Source: Escherichia coli (GTDB taxonomy: Bacteria > Pseudomonadota > Gammaproteobacteria > Enterobacterales > Enterobacteriaceae). Taken from it: a DNA stretch of 64,000 bases. The stretch lies in NCBI RefSeq assembly GCF_002854065.1, contig NZ_CP024147.1, one strand, 5' to 3'. Made by a program: the position numbers and the translations under genes. Below the pieces are notes generated by a model. That model made no database searches. It saw only the letters and a program-made list of their open reading frames with translations, and was not told where the DNA came from. Shown here one piece after another: positions 10,450 through 22,866 of the stretch; positions within the stretch are counted from its first letter, which is position 1; each line of letters starts with the position of its first letter.

Positions 10450-11703
10450 ATGAAAGGCAGTCATAAGATTCGCTGGCGGGTAGCGCTGGCCGTGCTGGTG
10501 GTGGTCGCGGGGGCGGCTGGCATCTGGCACTTTAGCAGCAATTCTGACACCTCGGGTTCCACCGCAGCCAAACCGGTGGGAGCGCCGTCAGCTGGCGGCG
10601 GGCGACACGGTGGACGCTTTGGCGGCGCGCTGGCGCCGGTCCAGGCCGCTACCGCCACCAGTGAAGCGGTACCGCGCTACCTCAGCGGGCTGGGCACCAT
10701 TACCGCTGCCAATACCGTTACCGTGCGCAGCCGCGTCGACGGCCAACTGATGGCCATTCACTTCCAGGAAGGCCAGCAGGTCAAAGCCGGCGATCTGCTG
10801 GCGGAAATTGACCCCAGCCAGTTTAAAGTGGCGCTGGCTCAGGCGCAGGGGCAGTTGGCTAAAGATAAAGCCACGCTCGCTAATGCACGTCGTGATTTAG
10901 CCCGCTATCAGCAACTGGTCAAAACCAATCTTGTCTCTCGCCAGGAGCTGGATACCCAGCAATCGCTGGTGAGCGAAACCGAAGGCACAATTAAAGCCGA
11001 CCAGGCCGCCGTCGCCAGCGCCCAGCTGCAGCTCGACTGGAGCCGCATCACCGCACCGATTGACGGTCGCGTGGGCTTAAAACAGGTGGATATCGGCAAC
11101 CAGATTTCCAGCGGTGATACCACCGGTATCGTCGTGCTGACCCAGACGCATCCTATCGATTTAGTCTTTACCCTGCCGGAAAGCGATATCGCTACTGTAG
11201 TGCAGGCGCAAAAAGCCGGAAAACCGCTGGTGGTAGAAGCCTGGGATCGCACCAATTCGAAGAAATTAAGTGAAGGCACGCTGTTAAGCCTCGATAACCA
11301 AATCGATGCCACAACCGGTACGATTAAAGTGAAAGCACGCTTTAATAATCAGGATGATGCGCTGTTTCCCAATCAGTTTGTTAACGCGCGCATGTTAGTC
11401 GACACCGAACAAAACGCCGTAGTGATCCCAACAGCCGCCCTGCAAATGGGCAATGAAGGCCATTTTGTCTGGGTGCTGAATAGCGAAAACAAGGTCAGCA
11501 AACATCTGGTGACGCCGGGCATTCAGGACAGTCAGAAAGTGGTGATCCGTGCAGGTATTTCTGCGGGCGATCGCGTGGTGACAGACGGCATTGATCGCCT
11601 GACCGAAGGGGCGAAAGTGGAAGTGGTGGAAGCCCAGAGCGCCACCACTCCGGAAGAGAAAGCCACCAGCCGCGAATACGCGAAAAAAGGAGCACGCTCC
11701 TGA
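10450..11703 (+). CDS. mdtA: Multidrug efflux RND membrane fusion protein MdtA
   Basis: ORF 10360..11703; start assigned to the Met at 10450 (MKGSHKIRW...), ~417 aa; HlyD/biotinyl-lipoyl fold; stop overlaps the mdtB start. Confidence 0.9.
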   Translation: MKGSHKIRWRVALAVLVVVAGAAGIWHFSSNSDTSGSTAAKPVGAPSAGGGRHGGRFGGALAPVQAATATSEAVPRYLSGLGTITAANTVTVRSRVDGQLMAIHFQEGQQVKAGDLLAEIDPSQFKVALAQAQGQLAKDKATLANARRDLARYQQLVKTNLVSRQELDTQQSLVSETEGTIKADQAAVASAQLQLDWSRITAPIDGRVGLKQVDIGNQISSGDTTGIVVLTQTHPIDLVFTLPESDIATVVQAQKAGKPLVVEAWDRTNSKKLSEGTLLSLDNQIDATTGTIKVKARFNNQDDALFPNQFVNARMLVDTEQNAVVIPTAALQMGNEGHFVWVLNSENKVSKHLVTPGIQDSQKVVIRAGISAGDRVVTDGIDRLTEGAKVEVVEAQSATTPEEKATSREYAKKGARS

Positions 11704-14700
11704 TGCAGGTGTTACCCCCGAGCAGCACAGGCGGCCCGTCGCGCCTGTTTATTATGCGTCCTGTCGCCACCACGCTGCTGATGGTGGCGATCTTACTCGC
11801 CGGGATTATCGGTTATCGCGCCCTGCCCGTTTCGGCGCTGCCGGAAGTGGACTATCCGACCATTCAGGTGGTCACGCTCTACCCAGGTGCCAGCCCGGAT
11901 GTCATGACCTCTGCCGTTACCGCGCCGCTCGAACGCCAGTTCGGGCAGATGTCTGGCCTGAAACAGATGTCGTCGCAAAGTTCCGGCGGTGCGTCAGTTA
12001 TCACTTTGCAGTTCCAGCTAACATTACCGCTCGATGTCGCCGAGCAGGAAGTGCAGGCCGCGATTAACGCTGCGACCAACTTGTTGCCGAGCGATCTGCC
12101 TAACCCGCCGGTTTACAGCAAAGTGAACCCGGCAGATCCGCCGATCATGACGCTCGCCGTCACCTCAACCGCCATGCCGATGACGCAAGTGGAAGATATG
12201 GTGGAAACCCGCGTCGCGCAGAAAATCTCGCAGATTTCCGGCGTCGGCCTGGTGACGCTTTCCGGCGGTCAGCGTCCGGCTGTTCGCGTCAAACTTAACG
12301 TTCAGGCGATTGCCGCCCTCGGCCTGACCAGCGAAACCGTGCGCACCGCCATTACCGGCGCTAACGTTAACTCGGCAAAAGGTAGCCTCGACGGCCCTTC
12401 CCGTGCGGTCACGCTTTCCGCGAACGACCAGATGCAATCCGCCGAAGAGTATCGCCAGCTAATCATCGCCTACCAGAACGGCGCGCCGATTCGTCTGGGC
12501 GATGTCGCAACCGTAGAGCAAGGTGCAGAAAACAGCTGGCTTGGCGCATGGGCGAACAAAGAACAGGCCATTGTGATGAATGTTCAGCGCCAGCCCGGTG
12601 CTAACATTATCTCCACCGCCGACAGCATTCGGCAGATGCTGCCACAGCTCACTGAGAGTCTGCCGAAATCGGTGAAGGTGACAGTGCTTTCCGATCGCAC
12701 CACCAATATCCGCGCATCCGTCGATGATACTCAGTTTGAATTGATGATGGCTATCGCGCTGGTAGTCATGATTATCTACCTGTTTTTGCGCAATATTCCG
12801 GCGACCATCATTCCCGGTGTTGCTGTACCGCTGTCGTTAATCGGCACTTTCGCGGTTATGGTGTTTCTCGATTTTTCAATCAATAACCTGACACTGATGG
12901 CGTTAACTATCGCCACCGGATTCGTGGTCGATGACGCCATCGTGGTGATCGAAAACATTTCCCGCTATATCGAAAAAGGCGAAAAACCGTTGGCGGCGGC
13001 GCTCAAGGGCGCAGGTGAAATCGGCTTTACCATTATCTCGCTGACCTTCTCACTGATTGCGGTGTTGATCCCACTGCTGTTTATGGGCGATATCGTCGGG
13101 CGACTGTTCCGCGAATTTGCTATTACCCTGGCGGTAGCGATTTTGATCTCAGCGGTGGTGTCGCTGACCCTGACACCGATGATGTGCGCGCGGATGCTCA
13201 GCCAGGAGTCGCTGCGTAAACAGAACCGCTTCTCCCGTGCCTCGGAGAAAATGTTCGACAGGATAATCGCCGCCTATGGACGTGGACTGGCGAAAGTGCT
13301 GAATCATCCGTGGCTGACCTTAAGCGTGGCACTCAGCACGCTGCTGCTTAGCGTGCTGCTGTGGGTGTTCATTCCGAAAGGTTTCTTCCCGGTACAGGAC
13401 AACGGCATTATTCAGGGCACTTTGCAGGCACCGCAATCCAGCTCCTTTGCCAATATGGCCCAGCGACAACGCCAGGTCGCGGACGTGATTTTGCAGGATC
13501 CGGCAGTGCAAAGCCTGACCTCATTTGTTGGCGTTGATGGCACTAACCCGTCGCTGAACAGTGCACGTTTACAAATCAACCTCAAACCGTTGGATGAACG
13601 TGATGACCGAGTGCAAAAAGTCATCGCCCGTCTGCAAACGGCGGTAGATAAAGTGCCGGGCGTCGATCTCTTCCTGCAACCAACGCAGGATCTGACTATT
13701 GATACTCAGGTCAGCCGCACCCAGTACCAGTTTACCTTGCAGGCCACGTCACTGGATGCGCTCAGTACCTGGGTGCCACAGTTGATGGAAAAACTCCAGC
13801 AACTGCCACAGCTTTCTGATGTCTCCAGCGACTGGCAGGACAAAGGGCTGGTGGCGTATGTCAATGTTGATCGCGACAGCGTCAGCCGTCTGGGGATCAG
13901 CATGGCGGATGTCGATAACGCCCTGTACAACGCGTTTGGTCAGCGACTGATTTCCACTATTTATACTCAGGCTAACCAGTATCGCGTGGTGCTGGAACAC
14001 AACACCGAAAATACTCCTGGCCTCGCGGCGCTGGATACCATTCGCCTGACCAGCAGCGACGGTGGCGTGGTGCCGCTAAGCTCAATTGCCAAAATTGAGC
14101 AGCGTTTTGCGCCGCTTTCCATCAACCATCTGGATCAGTTCCCGGTAACGACCATCTCCTTTAACGTGCCGGATAACTATTCGCTGGGCGATGCGGTGCA
14201 GGCGATTATGGACACCGAGAAGACGCTGAATCTGCCGGTGGATATCACCACGCAGTTCCAGGGCAGCACCCTCGCCTTCCAGTCGGCGCTGGGCAGCACT
14301 GTCTGGCTGATTGTCGCGGCGGTGGTGGCGATGTATATCGTGCTCGGCATTCTGTACGAGAGCTTTATTCACCCGATCACCATTCTCTCGACGCTACCCA
14401 CCGCAGGGGTTGGCGCACTGCTGGCGTTGCTGATTTCTGGTAGCGAACTGGATGTGATTGCGATTATCGGCATTATTTTGCTGATCGGTATCGTGAAGAA
14501 GAACGCCATCATGATGATCGACTTCGCGCTGGCTGCCGAGCGCGAGCAAGGCATGTCGCCGCGCGAGGCAATCTATCAGGCTTGTCTGTTACGTTTTCGT
14601 CCGATCCTGATGACCACTCTGGCGGCTCTGCTTGGCGCGCTGCCGCTGATGTTGAGTACCGGGGTCGGCGCGGAACTGCGTCGTCCATTAGGTATTGGCA

Positions 14701-14825
14701 TGGTCGGCGGTCTGATAGTCAGCCAGGTGCTGACACTGTTCACCACGCCGGTAATTTATTTGCTGTTCGACCGCCTGGCATTGTGGACCAAAAGCCGCTT
14801 TGCTCGTCATGAAGAGGAGGCGTAA
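11703..14825 (+). CDS. mdtB: Multidrug efflux RND permease MdtB
   Basis: 1040-aa ORF, AcrB/RND family with 12-TM architecture; ATG overlaps the mdtA TGA. Confidence 0.95.
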   Translation: MQVLPPSSTGGPSRLFIMRPVATTLLMVAILLAGIIGYRALPVSALPEVDYPTIQVVTLYPGASPDVMTSAVTAPLERQFGQMSGLKQMSSQSSGGASVITLQFQLTLPLDVAEQEVQAAINAATNLLPSDLPNPPVYSKVNPADPPIMTLAVTSTAMPMTQVEDMVETRVAQKISQISGVGLVTLSGGQRPAVRVKLNVQAIAALGLTSETVRTAITGANVNSAKGSLDGPSRAVTLSANDQMQSAEEYRQLIIAYQNGAPIRLGDVATVEQGAENSWLGAWANKEQAIVMNVQRQPGANIISTADSIRQMLPQLTESLPKSVKVTVLSDRTTNIRASVDDTQFELMMAIALVVMIIYLFLRNIPATIIPGVAVPLSLIGTFAVMVFLDFSINNLTLMALTIATGFVVDDAIVVIENISRYIEKGEKPLAAALKGAGEIGFTIISLTFSLIAVLIPLLFMGDIVGRLFREFAITLAVAILISAVVSLTLTPMMCARMLSQESLRKQNRFSRASEKMFDRIIAAYGRGLAKVLNHPWLTLSVALSTLLLSVLLWVFIPKGFFPVQDNGIIQGTLQAPQSSSFANMAQRQRQVADVILQDPAVQSLTSFVGVDGTNPSLNSARLQINLKPLDERDDRVQKVIARLQTAVDKVPGVDLFLQPTQDLTIDTQVSRTQYQFTLQATSLDALSTWVPQLMEKLQQLPQLSDVSSDWQDKGLVAYVNVDRDSVSRLGISMADVDNALYNAFGQRLISTIYTQANQYRVVLEHNTENTPGLAALDTIRLTSSDGGVVPLSSIAKIEQRFAPLSINHLDQFPVTTISFNVPDNYSLGDAVQAIMDTEKTLNLPVDITTQFQGSTLAFQSALGSTVWLIVAAVVAMYIVLGILYESFIHPITILSTLPTAGVGALLALLISGSELDVIAIIGIILLIGIVKKNAIMMIDFALAAEREQGMSPREAIYQACLLRFRPILMTTLAALLGALPLMLSTGVGAELRRPLGIGMVGGLIVSQVLTLFTTPVIYLLFDRLALWTKSRFARHEEEA

Positions 14826-17800
14826 GTGAAGTTTTTTGCCCTCTTCATTTACCGCCCGGTGGCGACGATTTTACTGTCGGTCGCCATTACCCTGTGCGGC
14901 ATACTGGGTTTCCGTATGCTGCCAGTGGCCCCGCTGCCGCAGGTCGATTTTCCGGTGATTATGGTCAGCGCCTCGCTGCCCGGTGCGTCGCCGGAGACAA
15001 TGGCATCTTCCGTTGCCACACCGCTGGAGCGCTCACTTGGGCGCATTGCCGGAGTCAGTGAAATGACCTCCAGCAGTTCGCTCGGCAGCACACGCATTAT
15101 TTTGCAGTTTGATTTTGACCGGGATATCAACGGCGCAGCGCGCGATGTGCAGGCGGCGATCAACGCCGCGCAAAGTTTGCTGCCCAGCGGGATGCCCAGC
15201 CGTCCGACCTATCGCAAAGCGAACCCGTCGGATGCGCCAATTATGATCCTCACGCTGACATCCGATACTTATTCGCAGGGTGAACTGTACGATTTCGCCT
15301 CGACGCAGCTAGCTCCGACGATTTCGCAAATCGACGGTGTTGGTGATGTCGATGTCGGCGGCAGCTCACTGCCCGCCGTACGCGTCGGGCTGAATCCGCA
15401 GGCGCTGTTTAATCAGGGCGTGTCGCTGGACGACGTACGCACCGCCATCAGCAATGCCAACGTGCGTAAACCGCAGGGCGCGCTGGAAGATGGCACTCAC
15501 CGCTGGCAGATCCAGACCAATGATGAGCTAAAAACCGCCGCTGAATATCAGCCGTTGATTATTCACTACAACAACGGCGGCGCGGTTCGTCTGGGCGATG
15601 TGGCGACGGTGACCGACTCAGTGCAGGATGTGCGCAACGCCGGGATGACCAACGCCAAACCGGCTATTTTACTGATGATCCGCAAACTGCCGGAAGCCAA
15701 TATTATCCAGACGGTTGACAGCATCCGGGCAAAATTACCGGAGTTGCAGGAAACCATTCCGGCGGCGATTGATCTGCAAATTGCCCAGGATCGCTCCCCC
15801 ACCATTCGCGCCTCGCTGGAAGAAGTCGAGCAAACGCTGATTATCTCGGTGGCGCTGGTGATTCTGGTGGTGTTTTTATTCCTGCGCTCGGGTCGCGCCA
15901 CTATTATTCCCGCCGTTTCGGTGCCGGTTTCGCTGATTGGTACGTTTGCGGCGATGTACCTGTGCGGATTCAGTCTCAATAACCTTTCGTTAATGGCGCT
16001 CACCATCGCTACTGGTTTCGTGGTGGATGACGCCATCGTGGTGCTGGAAAACATTGCACGTCATCTGGAAGCGGGAATGAAACCGTTGCAAGCCGCACTG
16101 CAAGGTACTCGCGAAGTCGGTTTTACGGTGCTGTCGATGAGTCTGTCACTGGTGGCGGTGTTCCTGCCGCTGCTGTTGATGGGCGGATTGCCGGGCCGAC
16201 TGTTACGCGAGTTTGCCGTGACGCTTTCTGTCGCCATTGGTATTTCGTTGCTGGTTTCTCTGACATTAACGCCAATGATGTGTGGCTGGATGCTGAAAGC
16301 CAGCAAGCCGCGCGAGCAAAAGCGACTGCGTGGTTTTGGTCGCATGTTGGTAGCCCTGCAACAAGGCTACGGCAAGTCACTGAAATGGGTGCTCAATCAT
16401 ACCCGTCTGGTGGGCGTGGTGCTGCTTGGCACCATTGCGCTGAATATCTGGCTGTATATCTCGATCCCGAAAACCTTCTTCCCGGAGCAGGACACTGGCG
16501 TGTTGATGGGCGGGATTCAGGCGGATCAGAGTATTTCGTTTCAGGCGATGCGCGGTAAATTGCAGGATTTCATGAAAATTATCCGTGACGATCCGGCAGT
16601 GGATAATGTCACCGGCTTTACAGGCGGTTCGCGAGTGAACAGCGGGATGATGTTTATCACCCTCAAGCCACGCGACGAACGCAGCGAAACGGCGCAGCAA
16701 ATTATCGACCGTCTGCGCGTAAAACTGGCGAAAGAACCGGGGGCGAATCTGTTCCTGATGGCGGTACAGGATATTCGCGTTGGTGGGCGTCAGTCGAACG
16801 CCAGCTACCAGTACACGTTGTTATCCGACGACCTGGCGGCACTGCGCGAATGGGAGCCGAAAATCCGCAAAAAACTGGCGACGTTGCCGGAACTGGCGGA
16901 CGTGAACTCCGATCAGCAGGATAACGGCGCGGAGATGAATCTGGTTTACGACCGCGACACCATGGCACGGCTGGGAATCGACGTACAAGCCGCCAACAGT
17001 CTGTTAAATAACGCCTTCGGTCAGCGGCAAATCTCGACCATTTACCAGCCGATGAACCAGTATAAAGTGGTGATGGAAGTGGATCCGCGCTATACCCAGG
17101 ACATCAGTGCGCTGGAAAAAATGTTCGTTATCAATAACGAAGGCAAAGCGATCCCGCTGTCGTATTTCGCTAAATGGCAACCGGCGAATGCCCCACTATC
17201 GGTGAATCATCAGGGATTATCGGCGGCCTCGACCATTTCGTTTAACCTGCCGACCGGAAAATCGCTCTCGGACGCCAGTGCGGCGATCGATCGCGCAATG
17301 ACCCAGCTTGGGGTGCCTTCGACGGTGCGCGGCAGTTTTGCCGGCACGGCGCAGGTGTTCCAGGAGACGATGAACTCGCAGGTGATCCTGATTATCGCCG
17401 CCATCGCCACGGTGTATATCGTGCTGGGTATCCTTTACGAGAGTTACGTACATCCGCTGACGATTCTCTCCACCCTGCCCTCGGCGGGCGTTGGAGCGCT
17501 GTTGGCGCTGGAGCTGTTCAATGCCCCGTTCAGCCTAATCGCCCTGATAGGGATCATGCTATTAATCGGCATCGTGAAGAAAAACGCCATTATGATGGTC
17601 GATTTTGCGCTTGAAGCCCAACGGCACGGTAACCTGACGCCGCAGGAAGCTATTTTCCAGGCCTGTCTGCTGCGTTTTCGCCCGATTATGATGACCACCC
17701 TGGCGGCGCTGTTTGGCGCGCTGCCGCTGGTATTGTCGGGCGGTGACGGCTCGGAGCTGCGGCAACCCCTGGGGATCACCATTGTCGGCGGTCTGGTGAT

Positions 17801-17903
17801 GAGCCAGCTCCTGACGCTGTATACCACGCCGGTGATGTATCTCTTTTTCGACCGTCTGCGGCTGCGTTTTTCGCGTAAACCTAAACAAACGGTAACCGAG
17901 TAA
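14826..17903 (+). CDS. mdtC: Multidrug efflux RND permease MdtC
   Basis: 1025-aa ORF, RND family, GTG start immediately after the mdtB stop. Confidence 0.95.
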   Translation: MKFFALFIYRPVATILLSVAITLCGILGFRMLPVAPLPQVDFPVIMVSASLPGASPETMASSVATPLERSLGRIAGVSEMTSSSSLGSTRIILQFDFDRDINGAARDVQAAINAAQSLLPSGMPSRPTYRKANPSDAPIMILTLTSDTYSQGELYDFASTQLAPTISQIDGVGDVDVGGSSLPAVRVGLNPQALFNQGVSLDDVRTAISNANVRKPQGALEDGTHRWQIQTNDELKTAAEYQPLIIHYNNGGAVRLGDVATVTDSVQDVRNAGMTNAKPAILLMIRKLPEANIIQTVDSIRAKLPELQETIPAAIDLQIAQDRSPTIRASLEEVEQTLIISVALVILVVFLFLRSGRATIIPAVSVPVSLIGTFAAMYLCGFSLNNLSLMALTIATGFVVDDAIVVLENIARHLEAGMKPLQAALQGTREVGFTVLSMSLSLVAVFLPLLLMGGLPGRLLREFAVTLSVAIGISLLVSLTLTPMMCGWMLKASKPREQKRLRGFGRMLVALQQGYGKSLKWVLNHTRLVGVVLLGTIALNIWLYISIPKTFFPEQDTGVLMGGIQADQSISFQAMRGKLQDFMKIIRDDPAVDNVTGFTGGSRVNSGMMFITLKPRDERSETAQQIIDRLRVKLAKEPGANLFLMAVQDIRVGGRQSNASYQYTLLSDDLAALREWEPKIRKKLATLPELADVNSDQQDNGAEMNLVYDRDTMARLGIDVQAANSLLNNAFGQRQISTIYQPMNQYKVVMEVDPRYTQDISALEKMFVINNEGKAIPLSYFAKWQPANAPLSVNHQGLSAASTISFNLPTGKSLSDASAAIDRAMTQLGVPSTVRGSFAGTAQVFQETMNSQVILIIAAIATVYIVLGILYESYVHPLTILSTLPSAGVGALLALELFNAPFSLIALIGIMLLIGIVKKNAIMMVDFALEAQRHGNLTPQEAIFQACLLRFRPIMMTTLAALFGALPLVLSGGDGSELRQPLGITIVGGLVMSQLLTLYTTPVMYLFFDRLRLRFSRKPKQTVTE

Positions 17904-19319
17904 ATGACAGATCTTCCCGACAGCACCCGCTGGCAATTATGGATTGTGGCTTTCGGCTTCTTTATGCAGTCGCTGGACACCACCATCGTAAACACCGCCC
18001 TTCCCTCAATGGCGCAAAGCCTCGGGGAAAGTCCGTTGCATATGCACATGGTCATTGTCTCTTATGTGCTGACCGTGGCGGTGATGCTGCCCGCCAGCGG
18101 CTGGCTGGCGGACAAAGTCGGCGTGCGCAATATTTTCTTTACCGCCATCGTGCTGTTTACTCTCGGTTCACTGTTTTGCGCGCTTTCCGGCACGCTGAAC
18201 GAACTGTTGCTGGCACGCGCGTTACAGGACGTTGGCGGCGCGATGATGGTGCCGGTCGGCAGGTTGACGGTGATGAAAATCGTACCGCGCGAGCAATATA
18301 TGGCGGCGATGACCTTTGTCACGTTACCCGGTCAGGTCGGTCCGCTGCTCGGTCCGGCGCTCGGCGGTCTGCTGGTAGAATACGCGTCGTGGCACTGGAT
18401 CTTTTTGATCAACATTCCGGTGGGGATTATCGGTGCGATCGCCACACTGATGTTAATGCCGAACTACACCATGCAGACGCGGCGCTTTGATCTCTCCGGA
18501 TTTTTATTGCTGGCGGTTGGCATGGCGGTATTAACCCTGGCGCTGGACGGCAGTAAAGGTACAGGTTTATCGCCGCTGACGATTGCAGGCCTGGTCGCAG
18601 TTGGCGTGGTGGCACTGGTGCTTTATCTGCTGCACGCCAGAAATAACCACCGCGCTCTTTTCAGTCTGAAACTGTTCCGCACTCGTACCTTTTCGCTGGG
18701 CCTGGCGGGGAGCTTTGCCGGACGTATTGGCAGTGGCATGTTGCCCTTTATGACACCGGTTTTCTTGCAAATTGGCCTCGGTTTCTCGCCTTTTCATGCC
18801 GGACTGATGATGATCCCGATGGTGCTCGGCAGCATGGGGATGAAGCGAATTGTGGTACAGGTGGTGAATCGCTTTGGCTATCGTCGGGTACTGGTGGCAA
18901 CCACGCTTGGCCTGTCGCTGGTCACCCTTTTGTTTATGACCACCGCTCTGCTGGGCTGGTACTACGTTTTGCCGTTCGTCCTGTTTTTACAAGGGATGGT
19001 CAACTCGACGCGTTTCTCCTCCATGAACACCCTGACGCTGAAAGATCTCCCGGACAACCTGGCGAGCAGCGGCAACAGTCTGCTGTCGATGATTATGCAA
19101 TTGTCGATGAGTATCGGCGTCACTATCGCCGGGCTGTTGCTGGGACTTTTTGGTTCGCAACATGTCAGCGTCGACAGCGGCACCACACAAACCGTCTTTA
19201 TGTACACCTGGCTTAGCATGGCGTTTATCATCGCCCTTCCGGCGTTCATCTTTGCCAGAGTGCCAAACGATACGCATCAAAACGTGGCTATTTCGCGGCG
19301 AAAAAGGAGCGCGCAATGA
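17904..19319 (+). CDS. mdtD: MFS transporter MdtD
   Basis: 471-aa ORF, 14-TM MFS drug:H+ antiporter-like; directly follows mdtC. Confidence 0.9.
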   Translation: MTDLPDSTRWQLWIVAFGFFMQSLDTTIVNTALPSMAQSLGESPLHMHMVIVSYVLTVAVMLPASGWLADKVGVRNIFFTAIVLFTLGSLFCALSGTLNELLLARALQDVGGAMMVPVGRLTVMKIVPREQYMAAMTFVTLPGQVGPLLGPALGGLLVEYASWHWIFLINIPVGIIGAIATLMLMPNYTMQTRRFDLSGFLLLAVGMAVLTLALDGSKGTGLSPLTIAGLVAVGVVALVLYLLHARNNHRALFSLKLFRTRTFSLGLAGSFAGRIGSGMLPFMTPVFLQIGLGFSPFHAGLMMIPMVLGSMGMKRIVVQVVNRFGYRRVLVATTLGLSLVTLLFMTTALLGWYYVLPFVLFLQGMVNSTRFSSMNTLTLKDLPDNLASSGNSLLSMIMQLSMSIGVTIAGLLLGLFGSQHVSVDSGTTQTVFMYTWLSMAFIIALPAFIFARVPNDTHQNVAISRRKRSAQ

Positions 19320-20719
19320 AGTTCTGGCGGCCCGGTATTACCGGCAAACTGTTTCTGGCGATTTTCGCCACCTGCATTGTCTTGCTGATCAGTATGCACT
19401 GGGCGGTGCGTATCAGTTTTGAGCGCGGCTTTATTGATTACATCAAGCATGGCAATGAGCAGCGGCTGCAAATGCTCGGCGATGCCCTGGGCGAGCAGTA
19501 TGCGCAGCACGGTAACTGGCAATTTCTGCGCAATAACGACCGCTTTGTGTTTCAGATCCTGCGCTCGTTCGAACGCGACAACCCGGAAGACCGAACTGGT
19601 CCCGGTATGCCGCCGCACGGCTGGCGCACGCAATTCTGGGTAATCGATCAAAATAACACCGTGCTGGTTGGCCCGCGCGCGCCCATTCCGCCGGACGGTT
19701 CGCGACGACCCATACTGGTCAATGGTGTTGAAGTTGGCGCGGTGATCGCCTCACCCGTTGAGCGACTGACCCGCAATACTGATATCAATTTCGATAAGCA
19801 ACAGCGGCAAACCAGCTGGCTGATTGTCGCCCTGGCAACGTTACTCGCGGCGCTCGCCACCTTTCTGCTGGCGCGCGGTTTGCTGGCTCCGGTCAAACGG
19901 CTGGTGGACGGCACGCACAAACTGGCAGCGGGCGATTTCACTACCCGCGTGACGCCCACCAGCGAAGACGAACTGGGGAAACTGGCGCAAGACTTCAACC
20001 AGCTTGCCAGCACGCTGGAGAAAAACCAGCAAATGCGCCGCGATTTTATGGCTGATATCTCTCACGAACTGCGTACGCCATTAGCGGTGCTGCGCGGTGA
20101 ACTGGAAGCCATTCAGGATGGCGTGCGTAAATTCACGCCGGAGACGGTGGCGTCTTTACAGGCGGAGGTCGGTACACTGACCAAACTGGTTGACGATCTC
20201 CATCAGTTGTCGATGTCTGATGAAGGCGCTCTCGCCTATCAAAAAGCACCGGTAGATTTGATCCCACTGCTGGAAGTGGCGGGCGGCGCATTTCGCGAAC
20301 GATTCGCCAGTCGTGGCCTGAAACTGCAATTTTCCCTGCCAGACAGTATTACCGTATTTGGCGATCGCGACCGTTTAATGCAGTTATTCAATAACTTACT
20401 GGAAAACAGCCTGCGCTACACTGACAGCGGCGGCAGCCTGCAAATCTCTGCCGGGCAGCGCGACAAAACGGTGCGCCTGACCTTTGCCGACAGTGCGCCA
20501 GGTGTCAGTGACGATCAGCTACAAAAATTGTTTGAACGTTTTTATCGCACCGAAGGTTCCCGCAACCGTGCCAGCGGCGGTTCCGGGCTGGGGCTGGCGA
20601 TTTGCCTGAACATTGTTGAAGCACATAATGGTCGCATTATTGCTGCCCATTCGCCTTTTGGCGGGGTAAGCATTACAGTAGAGTTACCGCTGGAACGGGA
20701 TTTACAGAGAGAAGTATGA
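19316..20719 (+). CDS. baeS: Envelope-stress sensor histidine kinase BaeS
   Basis: 467-aa ORF with HAMP, HisKA (H-box ISHELRTPL) and HATPase_c (GGSGLGLAI) regions; overlaps mdtD stop and baeR start. Confidence 0.9.
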   Translation: MKFWRPGITGKLFLAIFATCIVLLISMHWAVRISFERGFIDYIKHGNEQRLQMLGDALGEQYAQHGNWQFLRNNDRFVFQILRSFERDNPEDRTGPGMPPHGWRTQFWVIDQNNTVLVGPRAPIPPDGSRRPILVNGVEVGAVIASPVERLTRNTDINFDKQQRQTSWLIVALATLLAALATFLLARGLLAPVKRLVDGTHKLAAGDFTTRVTPTSEDELGKLAQDFNQLASTLEKNQQMRRDFMADISHELRTPLAVLRGELEAIQDGVRKFTPETVASLQAEVGTLTKLVDDLHQLSMSDEGALAYQKAPVDLIPLLEVAGGAFRERFASRGLKLQFSLPDSITVFGDRDRLMQLFNNLLENSLRYTDSGGSLQISAGQRDKTVRLTFADSAPGVSDDQLQKLFERFYRTEGSRNRASGGSGLGLAICLNIVEAHNGRIIAAHSPFGGVSITVELPLERDLQREV

Positions 20720-21438
20720 CCGAGTTACCAATCGACGAAAACACACCGCGTATTTTGATCGTGGAAGATGAACCGAAGCTGGGGCAGTTGCTCATTGATT
20801 ATCTACGTGCTGCGAGCTATGCGCCGACGCTTATCAGCCACGGCGATCAGGTACTGCCGTATGTGCGCCAGACACCACCGGATCTGATCCTGTTAGATCT
20901 GATGCTCCCTGGCACCGATGGCCTGACGCTGTGCCGGGAAATTCGTCGTTTTTCTGACATTCCGATCGTGATGGTGACGGCAAAAATCGAAGAGATCGAT
21001 CGCCTGCTGGGGCTGGAGATTGGCGCAGATGATTATATCTGTAAGCCGTACAGCCCACGGGAAGTGGTAGCGCGCGTCAAAACCATTTTGCGCCGTTGCA
21101 AACCGCAGCGCGAGTTGCAGCAACAGGATGCTGAAAGCCCGTTGATTATCGACGAAGGTCGTTTTCAGGCTTCATGGCGCGGTAAAATGCTTGACCTGAC
21201 GCCTGCGGAATTTCGTCTGCTGAAAACGCTCTCTCATGAACCAGGAAAAGTGTTCTCCCGCGAGCATTTGCTCAATCATCTTTATGACGACTACCGCGTA
21301 GTAACCGACCGCACCATCGACAGCCACATTAAAAACCTGCGCCGCAAGCTGGAATCTCTCGACGCCGAACAGTCATTTATCCGCGCCGTTTACGGCGTCG
21401 GTTACCGCTGGGAAGCCGACGCCTGCCGCATCGTTTAG
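20716..21438 (+). CDS. baeR: OmpR-family response regulator BaeR
   Basis: 240-aa ORF with receiver domain (ILIVEDEP...DLMLPG) and winged-helix output domain. Confidence 0.9.
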   Translation: MTELPIDENTPRILIVEDEPKLGQLLIDYLRAASYAPTLISHGDQVLPYVRQTPPDLILLDLMLPGTDGLTLCREIRRFSDIPIVMVTAKIEEIDRLLGLEIGADDYICKPYSPREVVARVKTILRRCKPQRELQQQDAESPLIIDEGRFQASWRGKMLDLTPAEFRLLKTLSHEPGKVFSREHLLNHLYDDYRVVTDRTIDSHIKNLRRKLESLDAEQSFIRAVYGVGYRWEADACRIV

Positions 21439-21628
21439 TTTTAGCGACATTATTTTGTTAGCCGGAGATGGCGTTCAGACCCGATCCGGCAACATTATCC
21501 CACGCATGGTCAGCAAACTGACATTATCTCTCCGCCCTGGCAGGCATCAGAAAATCGCTCATACTTTAATCGGTAAACAGCACCTTTAGATGCTGTTTTC
21601 GATACACAATTTCAATCAAGGAGTCATT

Positions 21629-21961
21629 ATGGCTGGTTGGTTTGAACTCAGTAAGAGCAGTGATAATCAGTTCCGGTTTGTGCTAAAAGCGGGCAATGGT
21701 GAGACTATCCTCACCAGCGAGCTGTATACCTCAAAAGCCTCTGCGGAAAAGGGCATCGCGTCGGTGCGTAGCAACAGCCCGCAAGAAGAACGCTATGAGA
21801 AAAAAACGGCAAGTAACGGCAAATTCTATTTCAATCTGAAAGCCGCTAATCATCAAATTATCGGCTCCAGCCAGATGTACGCCACCGCACAATCTCGTGA
21901 AACCGGAATTGCCTCCGTTAAAGCCAATGGCACAAGCCAGACGGTGAAAGACAATACGTAA
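21629..21961 (+). CDS. yegP: DUF1508 (YegP) family protein with two internal repeats
   Basis: ORF 21590..21961; start at the Met at 21629 preceded by an aaggag RBS; ~110 aa with two repeated ~50-aa units. Confidence 0.8.
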   Translation: MAGWFELSKSSDNQFRFVLKAGNGETILTSELYTSKASAEKGIASVRSNSPQEERYEKKTASNGKFYFNLKAANHQIIGSSQMYATAQSRETGIASVKANGTSQTVKDNT

Positions 21962-22214
21962 TTACGATGCCGGGCGTGGGTTGTTGGCGTCCGGCTTTAT
22001 ATCCAAATAACGCTTAGTTATTGATAATTAAGAGTAACTGCCGCCATTAAAATAGTGGGCACTGACGAGCACTCGTTGTGCTTTCTTTGTTTACCATCCC
22101 ATACTTATCCTCCTGAACATGTTCATGTGCCAAAATATCTTCTAATACTTTCGTGACGCTATCCGGTTTATGACATACACTGATGTAAGATTTTTACTTA
22201 CAGGCGGGCGTAAA

Positions 22215-22466
22215 ATGGCCAGAACGATGACGGTTGATCTCGGCGATGAGTTGCGTGAATTTATCGAGTCCTTAATTGAATCCGGCGACTATCGCACCCA
22301 AAGCGAAGTGATCCGTGAGTCACTGCGATTACTTCGAGAAAAGCAAGCAGAGTCTCGCCTGCAAGCGTTACGTGACATGCTCGCAGAAGGGTTGAGTAGT
22401 GGTGAAGCTCAGCCGTGGGAAAAGGACGCGTTCTTACAGAAGGTGAAAGCAGGGATAAGGAAATAA
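22215..22466 (+). CDS. Type II antitoxin, ParD/RHH (CopG-like) family
   Basis: ~83-aa product (MARTMTVDLGDELREFIESLIESGDYRTQSEVIRESLRLLREK...) with a ribbon-helix-helix N-terminus typical of ParD; stop lies 1 nt before the toxin start. Confidence 0.75.
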   Translation: MARTMTVDLGDELREFIESLIESGDYRTQSEVIRESLRLLREKQAESRLQALRDMLAEGLSSGEAQPWEKDAFLQKVKAGIRK

Positions 22467-22467
22467 T

Positions 22468-22764
22468 GTGCGTATTATTAAACTCATGCCAAAAGCCAAT
22501 GAGGATTTAGAAGGCATCTGGTATTACAGCTATCACCATTTCGGCGAACCACAAGCCGACAGATATGTGGAACATCTTTCAGACGTTCTCCAGATTCTGA
22601 GTAACAATAATATAGGTACGCCCAGACCTGAATTAGGCGAAGGTATTTTTGTTCTTCCTTTTGAACGCCACGTCATTTATTTCCTGCAATCACCAGGGGA
22701 AATTATCGTCATTCGTATCCTTAACCAAAACCAGGACGCCACCAGACATTTACACTGGAGCTAA
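22468..22764 (+). CDS. Type II toxin, ParE/RelE superfamily
   Basis: 98-aa product (MRIIKLMPKANEDLEGIWYYSYHHFGEPQADRYVEHL...IIVIRILNQNQDATRHL) with the ParE-like pattern; GTG start translationally coupled to the upstream antitoxin. Confidence 0.75.
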   Translation: MRIIKLMPKANEDLEGIWYYSYHHFGEPQADRYVEHLSDVLQILSNNNIGTPRPELGEGIFVLPFERHVIYFLQSPGEIIVIRILNQNQDATRHLHWS

Positions 22765-22866
22765 ACCCGCCGATTGCGCTACAATGCCCGCCCTTAAAGT
22801 GGGGGCACTCCCCTAACCGCTTCATCAGGTGAAGCGGATCTGACCTGTCATCAGAACGAGAGAATT

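Noticed and set aside
21575-21599. Hairpin aacagcacc…tgctgtttt upstream of yegP as a baeR terminator
   Set aside because: Short 7-bp stem with the T-run partly inside the stem and only ~30 nt upstream of the yegP start; could equally be part of the yegP 5' UTR, so not called as a feature.
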